Positions 1 to 10,034 are shown, counted from the stretch's first letter. The stretch: DNA of 64,000 nt from Bdellovibrionales bacterium (GCA_965261545.1 CBDHDF010000002.1:672001-736000), one strand, 5' to 3'. The notes: generated by a model not told the origin, from the letters alone. Translations and numbers: made by a program.

Positions 1-1240
1 CCTTTTGATAGACCTTTCATAGCTTCTTTTGAAGTGCCTCCTCTTCTCCATTGAAATCTTCATCAGCAACTTTATCTGCTTCCTAAATTTCTGATAGAGC
101 CCCGCAACAAAAAGAGGGATGCTATCCATTATGAAATCAAGAATCAGTTTAAAGTTAGGTTTTTTGTAGTCATTTTTTACCAACTGATTCACACTGTCTT
201 CATCCTCATTTATGCTCATTTGAATCTTTGTATAATTGAAGAGCCAAAAATAAGAATACAGCTCTTGCAATATTCCATTAAGGCTTGTTGAGTGCCACTG
301 CTCCATTTTCATTGTCGATGTAAAATCACGAAATGTCGTTTCTATTTCCCAACGACGAGAGTAAAGAGCAACCATATCCTTCTTGTCCAAGGAGCCATGC
401 GGAAGATTAGTGGCCAAAACAGAGAACTCCCCAGTCTTTGGGTTTTTATACTTATAGAGATGAATGACCACCCCCTCAATAACCATTCGTGAATACCAAC
501 CTGGGCCATTAAATAAATTTACAATGGGGATAAAAGTAGAGCCTCGCTTACAACGCGCAATAAAGAAGTTACTGGCTTGAGCATGGGCCTTAATAATCTC
601 TGTAGATAAATAAAGCCTATCGTAGAGAGTTATGCTATTACTCTCAAAACTACCTATCATTTGAATAGCATTGGCGATTTCGTTGAGAGCGGGAGAAAAG
701 CAAAGATTCTTTGTCACACCCGATAAAACGTCATAAGCATGAGATAGATACATACGTAAGAAATGAGTTTCCATCTCATTTGGGCAAGGGTACCCACAAT
801 AACCCTCCTTTAAAAGATCTTTAGAGCGAGGAAGTGCTAATTGGTCGCCATCTATGGCATAGATATAAAAACCATGAAACGTTTTTCTCAATGGTTCGTA
901 GTCTGTAATCAAAGATTCAAAGATATCTTTGAAAAATAGGTAAGAAATACTTTGACGTATCTTGCTGAGACTGCTTTTGACTGGCATGAGAAGCAGGTCA
1001 CCAAAATGAGTCCATACCGTCTTAAGAGCGATTTGGTAGCCTTCGTAATTTGTTCCGGAAATAAGATAGATAATGGTAAAAAAGAAAATTTGAGGATTAA
1101 ATTTTCGATTCCTTTTTTGTTTTTCTGGATCGACAAGGTGCTCTGACTTGAAGGAAGAATCAAGTTTTGGTAGAATAAAATGGTCATCTGTGACGCGAAC
1201 TCGTCATTTGGGGGCTTTCGAGATCAATATTGGATTGCAT
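1..1240 (-). CDS. IS4-family DDE transposase, runs off the window edge (not in ORF track); 5' start out of frame
   Basis: Manual translation of the minus frame open from ~1203 to 1 gives RNRKF...SSLSKIRQSI...YIYAIDG...LYDRLY...LYSRRWEIETTFRD (DDE with Y-2-R-3-E motif). The SD-preceded ATG at 1240 is in a different frame. Confidence 0.85.
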
Positions 1241-1344
1241 GTGACTTACTCCTTGGTTGAGGGTTGGGTGTAAAATAAAACAAGTCTTATTCTTGTCGAT
1301 TTATCTAATAATTTCAAGAGATTTTTCTTAAGGAAACGGCATTG
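1..1344 (-). mobile_element. IS4-family insertion sequence, partial (right end lies ~67 bp before the window start)
   Basis: Terminal IR CTTAAGGAAACGGCATTG at 1327-1344 is the exact reverse complement of CAATGCCGTTTCCTTAAG at 43516-43533. That site is followed by sequence matching window positions 1-62. Contains a DDE transposase frame. Confidence 0.9.
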
Positions 1345-1451
1345 TGCTATGCACACATACTGTTCATCTTAAGTGCTGTGAGTCAGGTGGCCCCGTACCA
1401 AAGAGTGAAAATGAACCTCACTTGCCAATAATCACAAAATAGTCTACACAA

Positions 1452-2765
1452 GTGTCTATGGTTTTAAATCCAAAAATACCAAATTTTAAACAAGATATGC
1501 ACGATATGACTTCCAAGGACCTTAAGAGCCCTCAGACAGCCCTGCCCCAGAACCTTATAAAGAACACTTACATAAAGGACTCTCAATTAAAGAACCTTCA
1601 ACTCTTTGAAAAAAGAAAGGAAGATCACATCTCTCTCTCATTGGAGAACTCCAGTGAAGCCCTAGGGGGAAGTGAGTTGGATAGGGTTCGCCTCACCCAC
1701 AATGCTCTTCCCGAAATAAACTTAGAAGATATTGATATCTCCCAAAGGGTCTTGGGCCACTATAAAATGAAAACACCCTTTCTCGTGAGTTCTATGACTG
1801 CTGGACATACTGAATCCACGGAGCTCAATACTTGCCTGGCCCGAGCCTGTGCCCAACGGAGTTGGTTGATGGGGGTGGGTTCTCAAAGACGAGAGTTGGA
1901 GGATGAGCGGGCCAAGGATGAGTGGAAAAAACTCAAGGATAAGGTGCCCAATGTTCATTTGATGGGCAATATTGGCATCTCACAACTCATTCAAGTATCT
2001 CCTCAAAAAATACGTGAATTGACCACCGCCTTGGAGGCCGTGGCCATGATTGTCCACACAAACCCCTTGCAAGAGTCCATCCAAATGGAAGGAACTCCCC
2101 ATTTTGCCCATGGAATGGAGGCTCTTAGTCACCTCACCCAAGAGCTTGATATTCCCGTCATTCTCAAAGAAACAGGCTGTGGGATTTCAAGGGAAACATT
2201 CTTGAAAATATCGGATTTAAATTTGGAGGCCGTGGATGTCAGCGGCTTTGGAGGAACTCATTGGGGACGCATTGAGGGATATCGCGCCAAAATACACTTA
2301 GAGGGACATCCAAGATATCCCGAAAAGTCAAAGCCACCAAGGCACTCAGAAAGGCACTCAGAACAGCCAAAGCAACAAGAGCCCTCCGTACAACGAGAGT
2401 CGTCCATAGAGGAGCAACTCAAAATACGCAAGGCCCGCAGGGCCCTTGAGACATCACAGGTTTTTGCCCACTGGGGTATTTCGACCTTAGACTCATTTCT
2501 TGCCGGACGAGACTTACAGCTTCCCTTTGAACTGTGGGCCTCGGGGGGTGTACGAACGGGGTTGGATGCCGCCAAGCTTTTAGCTCTTGGTGCACAAATG
2601 GTAGGCTATGCCAAACCCATTCTCCAAGCAGCCCTTCTAGGGGAAGACGAACTCGACTTCAAAATGTCCAATCTTGAGTATCAACTCAAGGTCGCCATGT
2701 TTTGTACGGGCTGCATAAATTTAAATCAACTGAAGGAGGCACATGTATGTCAGATTCATTCGTAA
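1452..2765 (+). CDS. fni: Type 2 isopentenyl-diphosphate delta-isomerase (FMN-dependent), with ~50-aa insertion
   Basis: Motifs RKEDHI, SSMTAG, GVGSQR, HTNPLQE, KETGCG, GFGGTHW, ASGGVRTG. True start may be downstream (e.g. 1496/1506). Confidence 0.95.
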   Translation: MSMVLNPKIPNFKQDMHDMTSKDLKSPQTALPQNLIKNTYIKDSQLKNLQLFEKRKEDHISLSLENSSEALGGSELDRVRLTHNALPEINLEDIDISQRVLGHYKMKTPFLVSSMTAGHTESTELNTCLARACAQRSWLMGVGSQRRELEDERAKDEWKKLKDKVPNVHLMGNIGISQLIQVSPQKIRELTTALEAVAMIVHTNPLQESIQMEGTPHFAHGMEALSHLTQELDIPVILKETGCGISRETFLKISDLNLEAVDVSGFGGTHWGRIEGYRAKIHLEGHPRYPEKSKPPRHSERHSEQPKQQEPSVQRESSIEEQLKIRKARRALETSQVFAHWGISTLDSFLAGRDLQLPFELWASGGVRTGLDAAKLLALGAQMVGYAKPILQAALLGEDELDFKMSNLEYQLKVAMFCTGCINLNQLKEAHVCQIHS

Positions 2766-4138
2766 GTGCTCCATCTTCCCCCATGAATGACGTCGACTTT
2801 TTTAAAGGTTTTTCCAAACTGAATCGATCAGAAAGGCTTATGCGCCTTTACGAAATGGGGGTCTTAAACACCGAAGACATGGAGTTTCTCACCCTGGGTT
2901 CTCCTATGGACATGGACCTTGCAGAAAAATTCATTGAAAACGCTATTGGCTATTTCAAAATTCCCATGGGTGTTGCAGCTCATTTTGTAATCAATAGAAA
3001 AGCCTATGTTATTCCCATGGCCGTGGAAGAAACATCCATCATTGCCGCTGCCAGCAAAACAGCCAAGTGGATTGGGGAGCATGGAGAAATCACAGCGCAA
3101 ACTGTGGGAGAAAATATTATTGGACAAATTCAAATGGCCAAAGTCAAAGATTTTGCCAAAACTAAAACGCACATTATTGGTGCCAAGCAAAAGCTTATTG
3201 AAATGGCCAATAAAAATGTGGCTCAAAAAATGGTGGCACGTGGAGGAGGGGTCAGAGAAATCACTGTACGCCATGTACACAGAGGGGCCCCCACAAATAG
3301 GGGTGGCGGCGACATCATGGACGACAACTCAATGTTGGTTGTGCATGTTCATGTGAATACCTGCGAGGCCATGGGAGCCAATATCATGAATCAAATCTGC
3401 GAATACTTAAAGAGGCCCCTTGAAGAACTTACAGGTGAAAAGGTTCATATGTGCATTCTTTCCAATCTCGTGGACACAAAAATAACCCGTGCTCAAGTGG
3501 TGATGAAGGGATTGGGGCAAGAGGTGATGGACAACATTGTCGAGGCCTCTTTATTTGCTCAACAAGACCCCTATCGAGCTTGCACCAACAATAAGGGAGT
3601 CCTCAATGGCATCGATCCCATTGCTATTGCCACAGGCAATGACTGGCGAGCTGTGGAAGCAGGAATTCATGCCTATGCTGCCAGAGACGGTCGGTATCGC
3701 TCTGTCACCAAGTGGTCTCAAAGGGGAGGAGAGCTTCGCGGGACCTTTGAAGCCCCAGTGATCCTAGGAACCGTAGGCGGTGTCACCACCCTTCACCCCA
3801 TGGCTAAAGTGAGTTTACGTATCATGAAGACCCAATGTGCCCAAGAGCTTTCAAACGTTTGTGCCAGCGTCGGACTTACTCAAAACCTCGGGGCCCTTAG
3901 AGCCTTAACATCCGTGGGAATTATTGAAGGGCATATGAAGCTTCACATCAGAAATCTCGCCATGAGGGCTGGGGCCAAACCCAAAGAAACCCCCATTGTT
4001 CAAAAAAAACTCGAAGAAATCCTCACCATGACCAAGGGAGTTTCCCTCCGACATGCTGAAAGAGTGATCGCCCACCTACGCCGCCAAAAAGGAGACCTTT
4101 CTAGGGAGGGAGGCTTCAACGATACCACCACCTTTTAA
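2747..4138 (+). CDS. mvaA: Class II HMG-CoA reductase
   Basis: Motifs ENAIG, PMAVEETS, EAMGAN, GNDWRAVEAG, GHMKLH. SD AAGGAGG precedes ATG 2747. Confidence 0.95.
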   Translation: MSDSFVSAPSSPMNDVDFFKGFSKLNRSERLMRLYEMGVLNTEDMEFLTLGSPMDMDLAEKFIENAIGYFKIPMGVAAHFVINRKAYVIPMAVEETSIIAAASKTAKWIGEHGEITAQTVGENIIGQIQMAKVKDFAKTKTHIIGAKQKLIEMANKNVAQKMVARGGGVREITVRHVHRGAPTNRGGGDIMDDNSMLVVHVHVNTCEAMGANIMNQICEYLKRPLEELTGEKVHMCILSNLVDTKITRAQVVMKGLGQEVMDNIVEASLFAQQDPYRACTNNKGVLNGIDPIAIATGNDWRAVEAGIHAYAARDGRYRSVTKWSQRGGELRGTFEAPVILGTVGGVTTLHPMAKVSLRIMKTQCAQELSNVCASVGLTQNLGALRALTSVGIIEGHMKLHIRNLAMRAGAKPKETPIVQKKLEEILTMTKGVSLRHAERVIAHLRRQKGDLSREGGFNDTTTF

Positions 4139-4151
4139 AGAAGAGTTCTCT

Positions 4152-5231
4152 TTGAAAACCCTTCTCTCTTTTCCCAGCAAAACATTTCTCACAGGAGAAT
4201 ACACCGCCATCGTCGGTGGCCCAAGCCTTGTTATAAGCACAAAACCTCGATTTAAACTTGAGGTTATATACCCATCGGTATCCCCATCTACGGAGGTATC
4301 TTCGTCTGTAACTCCTTCTCTAATGGATACAAGAAAAATCAAAAGAAAAACGTCTCAAAGAAGTTCTGGAACCTGCCGTGGCATTCACAAAAGAAGTCCT
4401 GGGGGCATTTGGGTAAGAAATCACCCCTCTTGCTTTCACAATGCAAACATTCACTTTATAGATCCCCATAAAGGAGGTGGTGGCTTTGGAGCTTCCACAG
4501 CCCAATTTTTAGGTGTTTATACATGGACCCAACTATGGGAACAAATAACTTCCTCCCCCCAGCACTCAACACTCTCAACTCCGATCATGAACACCCATAT
4601 GTTGGAAACTCTCTGGCACAAGTATAGAAAAACGGCATGGGTGGGAGAGGGAGCACGCCCAAGTGGAACCGACCTTCTAAGTCAAAGACAAGGAAAAATC
4701 AGTCTGTTTTCGTTTCCTCCCTTTCACCATGAGATTTTTTCATGGCCCTTTCATGGGCACGGTTTTTTAATAGTGCGAAGTCACCATAAATTGGCCACAC
4801 ATAAACACTTAAAAGGCAAAAGAGAAAATGATTTTAAATCTCTCAAGCCTTTATCTTCAAATGTGGTTGACGCCTTTAAGAAAAAAAACTGGATTGACTT
4901 CATGTTTGCCCAGAGAGAATTTTATAAAGCTCTTAGCAATATGGAACTCACGGATATTCGTTCCAAGGAAATGATCTGTAAAATAGATAAAAATCCAGAG
5001 ATTCAGTTTGTCAAACCCTGCGGAGCCCTCGGGCTCGAAGTTCTCATGGTGTTTTTTGAAGATATTCATCGAACGAAAGTCCAGTCTTATTTACACAACT
5101 TGGAGCAAAATCTTGGCTTACAAGTGGTTTCTTCAGACAAAGATATTTGCAATGGGCAAGATATTGACTTTATTGTAGATGAGGAAAGCCAAGATAAAGA
5201 AACTATGAACCACAAGGAAAAAGTGCCATGA
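4152..5231 (+). CDS. GHMP kinase, probable phosphomevalonate kinase
   Basis: PSKTFLTGEY, GGFGASTA, SGTD and KPCGALG motifs; position in mevalonate operon. Confidence 0.75.
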   Translation: MKTLLSFPSKTFLTGEYTAIVGGPSLVISTKPRFKLEVIYPSVSPSTEVSSSVTPSLMDTRKIKRKTSQRSSGTCRGIHKRSPGGIWVRNHPSCFHNANIHFIDPHKGGGGFGASTAQFLGVYTWTQLWEQITSSPQHSTLSTPIMNTHMLETLWHKYRKTAWVGEGARPSGTDLLSQRQGKISLFSFPPFHHEIFSWPFHGHGFLIVRSHHKLATHKHLKGKRENDFKSLKPLSSNVVDAFKKKNWIDFMFAQREFYKALSNMELTDIRSKEMICKIDKNPEIQFVKPCGALGLEVLMVFFEDIHRTKVQSYLHNLEQNLGLQVVSSDKDICNGQDIDFIVDEESQDKETMNHKEKVP

Positions 5232-6223
5232 ACCAAAAAGGGGAAAGATTCTCCAAGAAATTAAGCTGGTCTGCGGAAGCCCCCTCCAATATTGCATTGA
5301 TTAAATACATGGGCAAAAAAAAAGAAAACCTTCCCACCAACCCCTCTCTTTCCTATACCTTGCATCATCTGCGTTCCATTGTTGAGGTGGTGCAAAGCCC
5401 AAATTTGAATGTCGACACCTGGGCACCCATTCTGGACAAACCATGGAAAAATCCACAACTTTCGGAACTGGGAAGAACAAGATTTTTAAATCACTGGGCC
5501 TTTTTAAAAAGGGAATTGAGCATTGATGGATTCTTTACAGTGAAATCCGCCAATAATTTTCCTTCAGACTGTGGCATTGCAAGTTCAGCCTCAAGCTTTG
5601 GAGCCCTCACTCTTTGTGCCCACAAAGTGGCAAAGGATCGTGGCTCTCTTCAAGAGCTTAATAAGGAGATGGATGTCGAAATGATAGCTCGTTTAAGCGT
5701 TAAGGGTTCAGGCTCTTCCTGCCGTTCTTTTTTTAGCCCTTGGGCTCACTGGTCAGAAGAAAGAGGGGAGCATTGCTTGCACGCTGTAGATTTTCCATAT
5801 AATAAATGGCTTCACAATGTCATACTCATAAGCGATGGTAAAAAGAGCGTGACTTCCAGTGAAGCCCATCTTCGCATACAAACCAGTCTCCTCAACAAAG
5901 ACCGAGACCTTCGAGCGAAAAAAAGAATGGAAAACTTGATGCAATCCTTGAAGTCCCAAGACTGGGCATCGGCTTTTGAAGTGATTTGGAGTGAATTTTG
6001 GGATATGCATGCTCTGTTTGAAACGAGTGATCCTCATTTTGGCTATATGTCCAGCCAAAGCATGGATGTCTTAAGTACGGTTCGAAGATTCTGGCAACAG
6101 CACAATGATGGCCCCCTTGTCACCATGGATGCTGGCCCCAACATTCACCTACTCTACAGAGAGGATCAAAAGAATTTACAAAGTCAGTTGAATCAACAAC
6201 TTCAAGGCTACCTGCGTTTATGA
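5228..6223 (+). CDS. mvaD: Diphosphomevalonate decarboxylase
   Basis: APSNIALIKYMGK, GIASSASSF, GSGSSCRS, TMDAGPNIH. Confidence 0.95.
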   Translation: MNQKGERFSKKLSWSAEAPSNIALIKYMGKKKENLPTNPSLSYTLHHLRSIVEVVQSPNLNVDTWAPILDKPWKNPQLSELGRTRFLNHWAFLKRELSIDGFFTVKSANNFPSDCGIASSASSFGALTLCAHKVAKDRGSLQELNKEMDVEMIARLSVKGSGSSCRSFFSPWAHWSEERGEHCLHAVDFPYNKWLHNVILISDGKKSVTSSEAHLRIQTSLLNKDRDLRAKKRMENLMQSLKSQDWASAFEVIWSEFWDMHALFETSDPHFGYMSSQSMDVLSTVRRFWQQHNDGPLVTMDAGPNIHLLYREDQKNLQSQLNQQLQGYLRL

Positions 6224-6365
6224 TAAGACTGGGGTTATAGGTAAGATGACTTGCAGTATGATTATGATAAGATTTCTTGGGTTATGGTAGGGTTTACCTG
6301 GGGTATGTGTGACCCTGGGTTGTGTGGCCCCGGGTCGTTGGGGGCCTTCTTAAGATGGATTTAAT

Positions 6366-7262
6366 ATGATATCGATATCGAAATGTCATCACTTTATAGC
6401 CTACAGTAAGTGGATTTTGGCAGGTGAACACTCCATTTTAAGGGGGGGAACTGCCTTGGTTTTTCCCCACAAAAGTTGCAAAATAGCTGCTCAATTTGAA
6501 AGGTTAGATCAAGAATTGGAAGTTCAGTTTGCAGGCCCCCGTGGAGAAGAACTGCAAATTGTTTTTTGGGGGGTTTTTGAAAAGGCCCTCCAGTTGACAG
6601 GAAAAACAAGGAAGCAAATTCGGGGGCGCTTATCTCTTTTCAGCAACATTGCCATGGGAACAGGACTTGGAGCCTCAGCCACTTTATGTGTGACCCTGGG
6701 GCGTTGGTGGGCCATCTTAGGATGGATTCAAGAAAGTGATATCTATGCATTTTCTAGAAAACTTGAAAATATTTTCCATGGCGAAAGCAGTGGAGTGGAT
6801 ATTGCTGGAGCCATGTCCACGGAGGGAGTGCGATTTGTAAAGGGTGGATCTATAACACCCATTAAGATCAAATGGAAACCTCAGTGGTTTTTAAGCGACT
6901 CTGGACAAAGGAGCCTAACCTCAGAATGTGTTTTAAAGGTAAAATCTCTTTGTAGAAATCACCCCGAACACAGCCTCAAAATTGATGAAAATATGCATAG
7001 GGCTGTGGAACTTTCTGCTCAAGCTCTTGTTATGGATGAAAAAATGGGACTTTCCCTTTTAAAGGAAGCCATTTATATGGCACAAGATTGTTTTCGACAA
7101 TGGAATCTCATAGAGGGTACTTTGGAAAAACACATGCAAGAACTCTTGCACCATGGGGCCCTCGCCGTAAAACCCACAGGCTCAGGTGGAGGAGGCTATG
7201 TCTTGAGTCTCTGGAATATTCCACTTCCAGAAGCCCTTCGTCCCTCACTGCTTATTATTTAA
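6366..7262 (+). CDS. mvk: Mevalonate kinase
   Basis: KWILAGEHS, GLGASA, HGESSGVD, KPTGSGGGG. Confidence 0.9.
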   Translation: MISISKCHHFIAYSKWILAGEHSILRGGTALVFPHKSCKIAAQFERLDQELEVQFAGPRGEELQIVFWGVFEKALQLTGKTRKQIRGRLSLFSNIAMGTGLGASATLCVTLGRWWAILGWIQESDIYAFSRKLENIFHGESSGVDIAGAMSTEGVRFVKGGSITPIKIKWKPQWFLSDSGQRSLTSECVLKVKSLCRNHPEHSLKIDENMHRAVELSAQALVMDEKMGLSLLKEAIYMAQDCFRQWNLIEGTLEKHMQELLHHGALAVKPTGSGGGGYVLSLWNIPLPEALRPSLLII

Positions 7263-7302
7263 CCCCAGTTTCGGGTTTTTTAGAAAGCCTTTAGAAGGCT
7301 TT
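7261..7302. terminator. Two adjacent hairpins between convergent mvk and clpS-like genes
   Basis: AACCC-cagtttc-GGGTT followed by a T run, and AAAGCCTT-tag-AAGGCTTT (7284-7302). Confidence 0.6.
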
Positions 7303-7387
7303 GCTCATGGTGTGCCCGGCATGGAGAGGAACTCAATGAAAGAAGGAACTTCACCCCTTGGTCTTTATCCCTGTGTACGGATCATTT

Positions 7388-8044
7388 TTATTCCTTATAA
7401 TAGATCTTACACATTTTAATGTGGAAGGCCAAATCTTGCCTTGTCATAGATTCCAAGTAGCATTTGAGTGGAAAGTAGTTCTCCTTGGCACTTTCATTGG
7501 TGATATATGCATTTGTTTTGGCGACGTCACGGGCATGAACTCCGGCAAGGACCCAACCCTTGTATTGAAATCGCATAATAAGATTGATGGCAGAATTTGT
7601 ATTGTATTTGAAGAGCCGTTTGAGGATGGCCAATAGAAAGTCCATAGGGGTATAGTCAATAATATGGGCCGGGAGGATTTTGGTTCTCATAAATACAACC
7701 TTGGATAGGGTGGATGTTCTCTTGGGTTTGGCTTCAGAAATGAGATAATTTTCATTTTTTACAAGAATTTTAGGGTTATTACTGTAGTTTTCGTCACAGT
7801 TTTCTGTTTGAAGAGAATCCATCATCGTCGTATGTGGTGGTATAAATTCTTTTTCTTCATCCATATCGGTGCTGTTCTCAGTGGGACTATAGGTGCTGTT
7901 CTCAGTGGGACTATAGGTGCTGTTCTCAGTGGGACTATAGGTGCTGTTCTCAGTGGGACTATAGGTGAAAAGGTTTCTAATTCTCATTTCTCGGAGAGTC
8001 ATTTTAGGTGTGTCCAAATCTGTATTGTCAAAAGTTGGGTTCAT
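7388..8044 (-). CDS. Divergent ClpS-like adaptor protein with long N-terminal extension
   Basis: C-terminal DYTPMDFLLAILKRLF...KGWVLAGVHARDVAKT...FPLKCYLE follows the ClpS pattern; N-degron pocket residues altered. Confidence 0.75.
   Translation of the reverse strand: MNPTFDNTDLDTPKMTLREMRIRNLFTYSPTENSTYSPTENSTYSPTENSTYSPTENSTDMDEEKEFIPPHTTMMDSLQTENCDENYSNNPKILVKNENYLISEAKPKRTSTLSKVVFMRTKILPAHIIDYTPMDFLLAILKRLFKYNTNSAINLIMRFQYKGWVLAGVHARDVAKTNAYITNESAKENYFPLKCYLESMTRQDLAFHIKMCKIYYKE
7868..7967. repeat. Perfect 24-bp tandem repeat x4 (encodes YSPTENST)
   Basis: GGTGCTGTTCTCAGTGGGACTATA repeated four times inside the clpS-like ORF. Confidence 0.97.
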
Positions 8045-8197
8045 TTTAGCCTTATCCTACTATTTTTAAAGGTTTACGCTTTTATAGCTTTATTTTTTAA
8101 ATTTCTTTTTTTTGAAATATCTAGGAGATAATAGTTTTTTCTTTTTTTTAAGTCATCTTTTTTCTTCTAGAGTTTATGGGTGTTTTGTATGAGTGTG

Positions 8198-9805
8198 TCA
8201 AGGCGCCGGGGGGTAACTACGTGGCTTTGGCTGTGGCTTTATGTCGGGGCTCGGTGTTGGACTTGGAGTTGTTTTTTGTAAGGGCTTCAGGGCGAGGATT
8301 GTAAAAGCCCAAATGTTTTGGTATCCGCCGGTAGAAATGGTTCCACCAATAAAATAGAGCTTTCTTTTCGGCAGGGTGGGAAGGGTGCCGACAAAGCTAT
8401 TTGTACTTTCATCGTAGGTGATACCTGAACCACTATTGTAAAATACTTGAATTTTATAGCTTGTTCCAGATGGAACATTCGAAATATCTTTATCTTCATC
8501 AATGGTATAGACGAAGGGGGAGCCTCCTGTTGTGGCTTGAATCAGAGGAATAGATAAGGAAGGAAGCCCAGAGCTGGATTGATTTGACTCGGGGGGATCG
8601 TACATGCAACGGAATCCATGGGCACTATTTTTTGATTCCACAAGGGAAACGGCAAAGGCTCCTCCTTGATCCCCGCTTCGATAATGGCCGCCTCGAAGAA
8701 TGGGGCCTTTGTCAGCTTCGAGGAGGGCGTAACCAAAGCCTCCGTAGGGAGATTGGTCGAGGTGGTTATAGTGACCTTGAGTGCCGAATTGTTCCTTGGC
8801 GGAACGATTTTTTTGGGATTCACTGACTTTTTTTCTATCAGAATGGGTTATGTTTGTGATTTGTGATATGTAATCGTCTGTGCCGTAGAGTGGGGACCAT
8901 CTGTTTTGGTTATTGAGATTATCATCTTTGACCCACTCGGCGACATTTCCTCCCAAGTCCCATATAATTTCTTTATTGGAAAGTGTGAGGGTTCTCTTTT
9001 GAGAGTGCCATGTTTCGTTGCTGCAGCTTGCTGTCTTTCCAAAGCAACCGTTGTTATCAGGGCCTGCTTCCAGCCCCTGGGGAGGGTTATTATCTGTGTG
9101 GCCTTGGCTCATTCCCCCAGCAGAGCCTACACTGTGATCCATCCAATTTTTATGAAAAGTTTCAGCATTTCTTACTATGTTCTGCCACCTGTCGTTGGTG
9201 AGAAGGCTGTAGCGGTGGCCTATCTTTTTGCACTGAGAGATGGCACCTTGCCGCTGGATTCGCCAAGGTTGACTCTTAGGGTGGGAGGTCGCTTTGCGGC
9301 TTTTCTTTTTCATTTCGTATTTGGCGACACAAAAGCTTTTTTTGGAGTATTCTTGGTTGGCTGGAATTCCCACAAAGTCTCTGGGGCAAGTGAAGTGGTT
9401 TTCAACAGTGTGGGATACAGGCACTGTTGTCTTGTTATTGATTTTGTGATAAGCGAGAACGATGACCATACCGGGGCGCTTATTTAAACCTGTAACATCA
9501 ATGATGGTTGACCAAGAGCCATTGGCACAAATTGTCTCGACTTCAAATCCTCCGACATTGGCAAAAATGGGGTGCCCATTGGCGGAGCATCTTCCGCGTA
9601 TAGAGTAGCTGGCAGCGTTGTAACTATAAATGTCTTCTAGATTATGAAAATCTATGGTGATGAGAGAGTTGGGTGATAGGGGTGATCTTTTTTTGTTGCC
9701 ACCATCGGAGCAGGCCAACGAAAATAGGCAAAGGACAAAGATTATAAATAAGTTGGTTCGTAAATTTTGATAATTGGTATGACGGTTGGTAAATAAGATC
9801 TTCAT
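8198..9805 (-). CDS. Lipoprotein with FGE-sulfatase/C-type-lectin-fold domain, Ig-like modules and Pro-rich tail
   Basis: Lipobox LFSLAC; FCVAKYEMK, DLGGNVAEWV, LRGG, GFRC; SD AAAGGAG before ATG 9805. Confidence 0.8.
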   Translation of the reverse strand: MKILFTNRHTNYQNLRTNLFIIFVLCLFSLACSDGGNKKRSPLSPNSLITIDFHNLEDIYSYNAASYSIRGRCSANGHPIFANVGGFEVETICANGSWSTIIDVTGLNKRPGMVIVLAYHKINNKTTVPVSHTVENHFTCPRDFVGIPANQEYSKKSFCVAKYEMKKKSRKATSHPKSQPWRIQRQGAISQCKKIGHRYSLLTNDRWQNIVRNAETFHKNWMDHSVGSAGGMSQGHTDNNPPQGLEAGPDNNGCFGKTASCSNETWHSQKRTLTLSNKEIIWDLGGNVAEWVKDDNLNNQNRWSPLYGTDDYISQITNITHSDRKKVSESQKNRSAKEQFGTQGHYNHLDQSPYGGFGYALLEADKGPILRGGHYRSGDQGGAFAVSLVESKNSAHGFRCMYDPPESNQSSSGLPSLSIPLIQATTGGSPFVYTIDEDKDISNVPSGTSYKIQVFYNSGSGITYDESTNSFVGTLPTLPKRKLYFIGGTISTGGYQNIWAFTILALKPLQKTTPSPTPSPDIKPQPKPRSYPPAP

Positions 9806-9862
9806 TTTACATCTCCTTTTGATTGTAGTCAAGGGCAGTCATTGAGTGTCCCACAATTTTAC

Positions 9863-9889
9863 ATATCGGTCCCCACTGCATCCACTTGA
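9863..9889 (-). promoter_or_regulatory. Putative sigma28 (FliA) promoter of the FGE-domain lipoprotein
   Basis: TCAA-N15-ACCGATAT on minus strand, ~60 bp upstream of the start. Confidence 0.6.
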
Positions 9890-10034
9890 ATCAAATTTCA
9901 ATATCTTGAGAATTTTTATCAAAGTTTTATGAAAGAATGATGATTTTGTATTAAAATGAAACATAATGTGAGTGGGACAATCATAGATTAAGATAGATCA
10001 GACATAGAGAGATCGGAGAGGGGATCCTAGGAAT

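Noticed and set aside
292..1187. Short ORFs 292-492, 909-1187 and 952-1146
   Set aside because: Alternative frames overlapping the IS4 transposase
7868..7967. 24-bp repeats as CRISPR
   Set aside because: Head-to-tail with no spacers, and in frame within a gene
8590..8720. FGE/CLec domain as a diversity-generating retroelement target
   Set aside because: No template repeat or reverse transcriptase seen in the window, and the domain is not C-terminal
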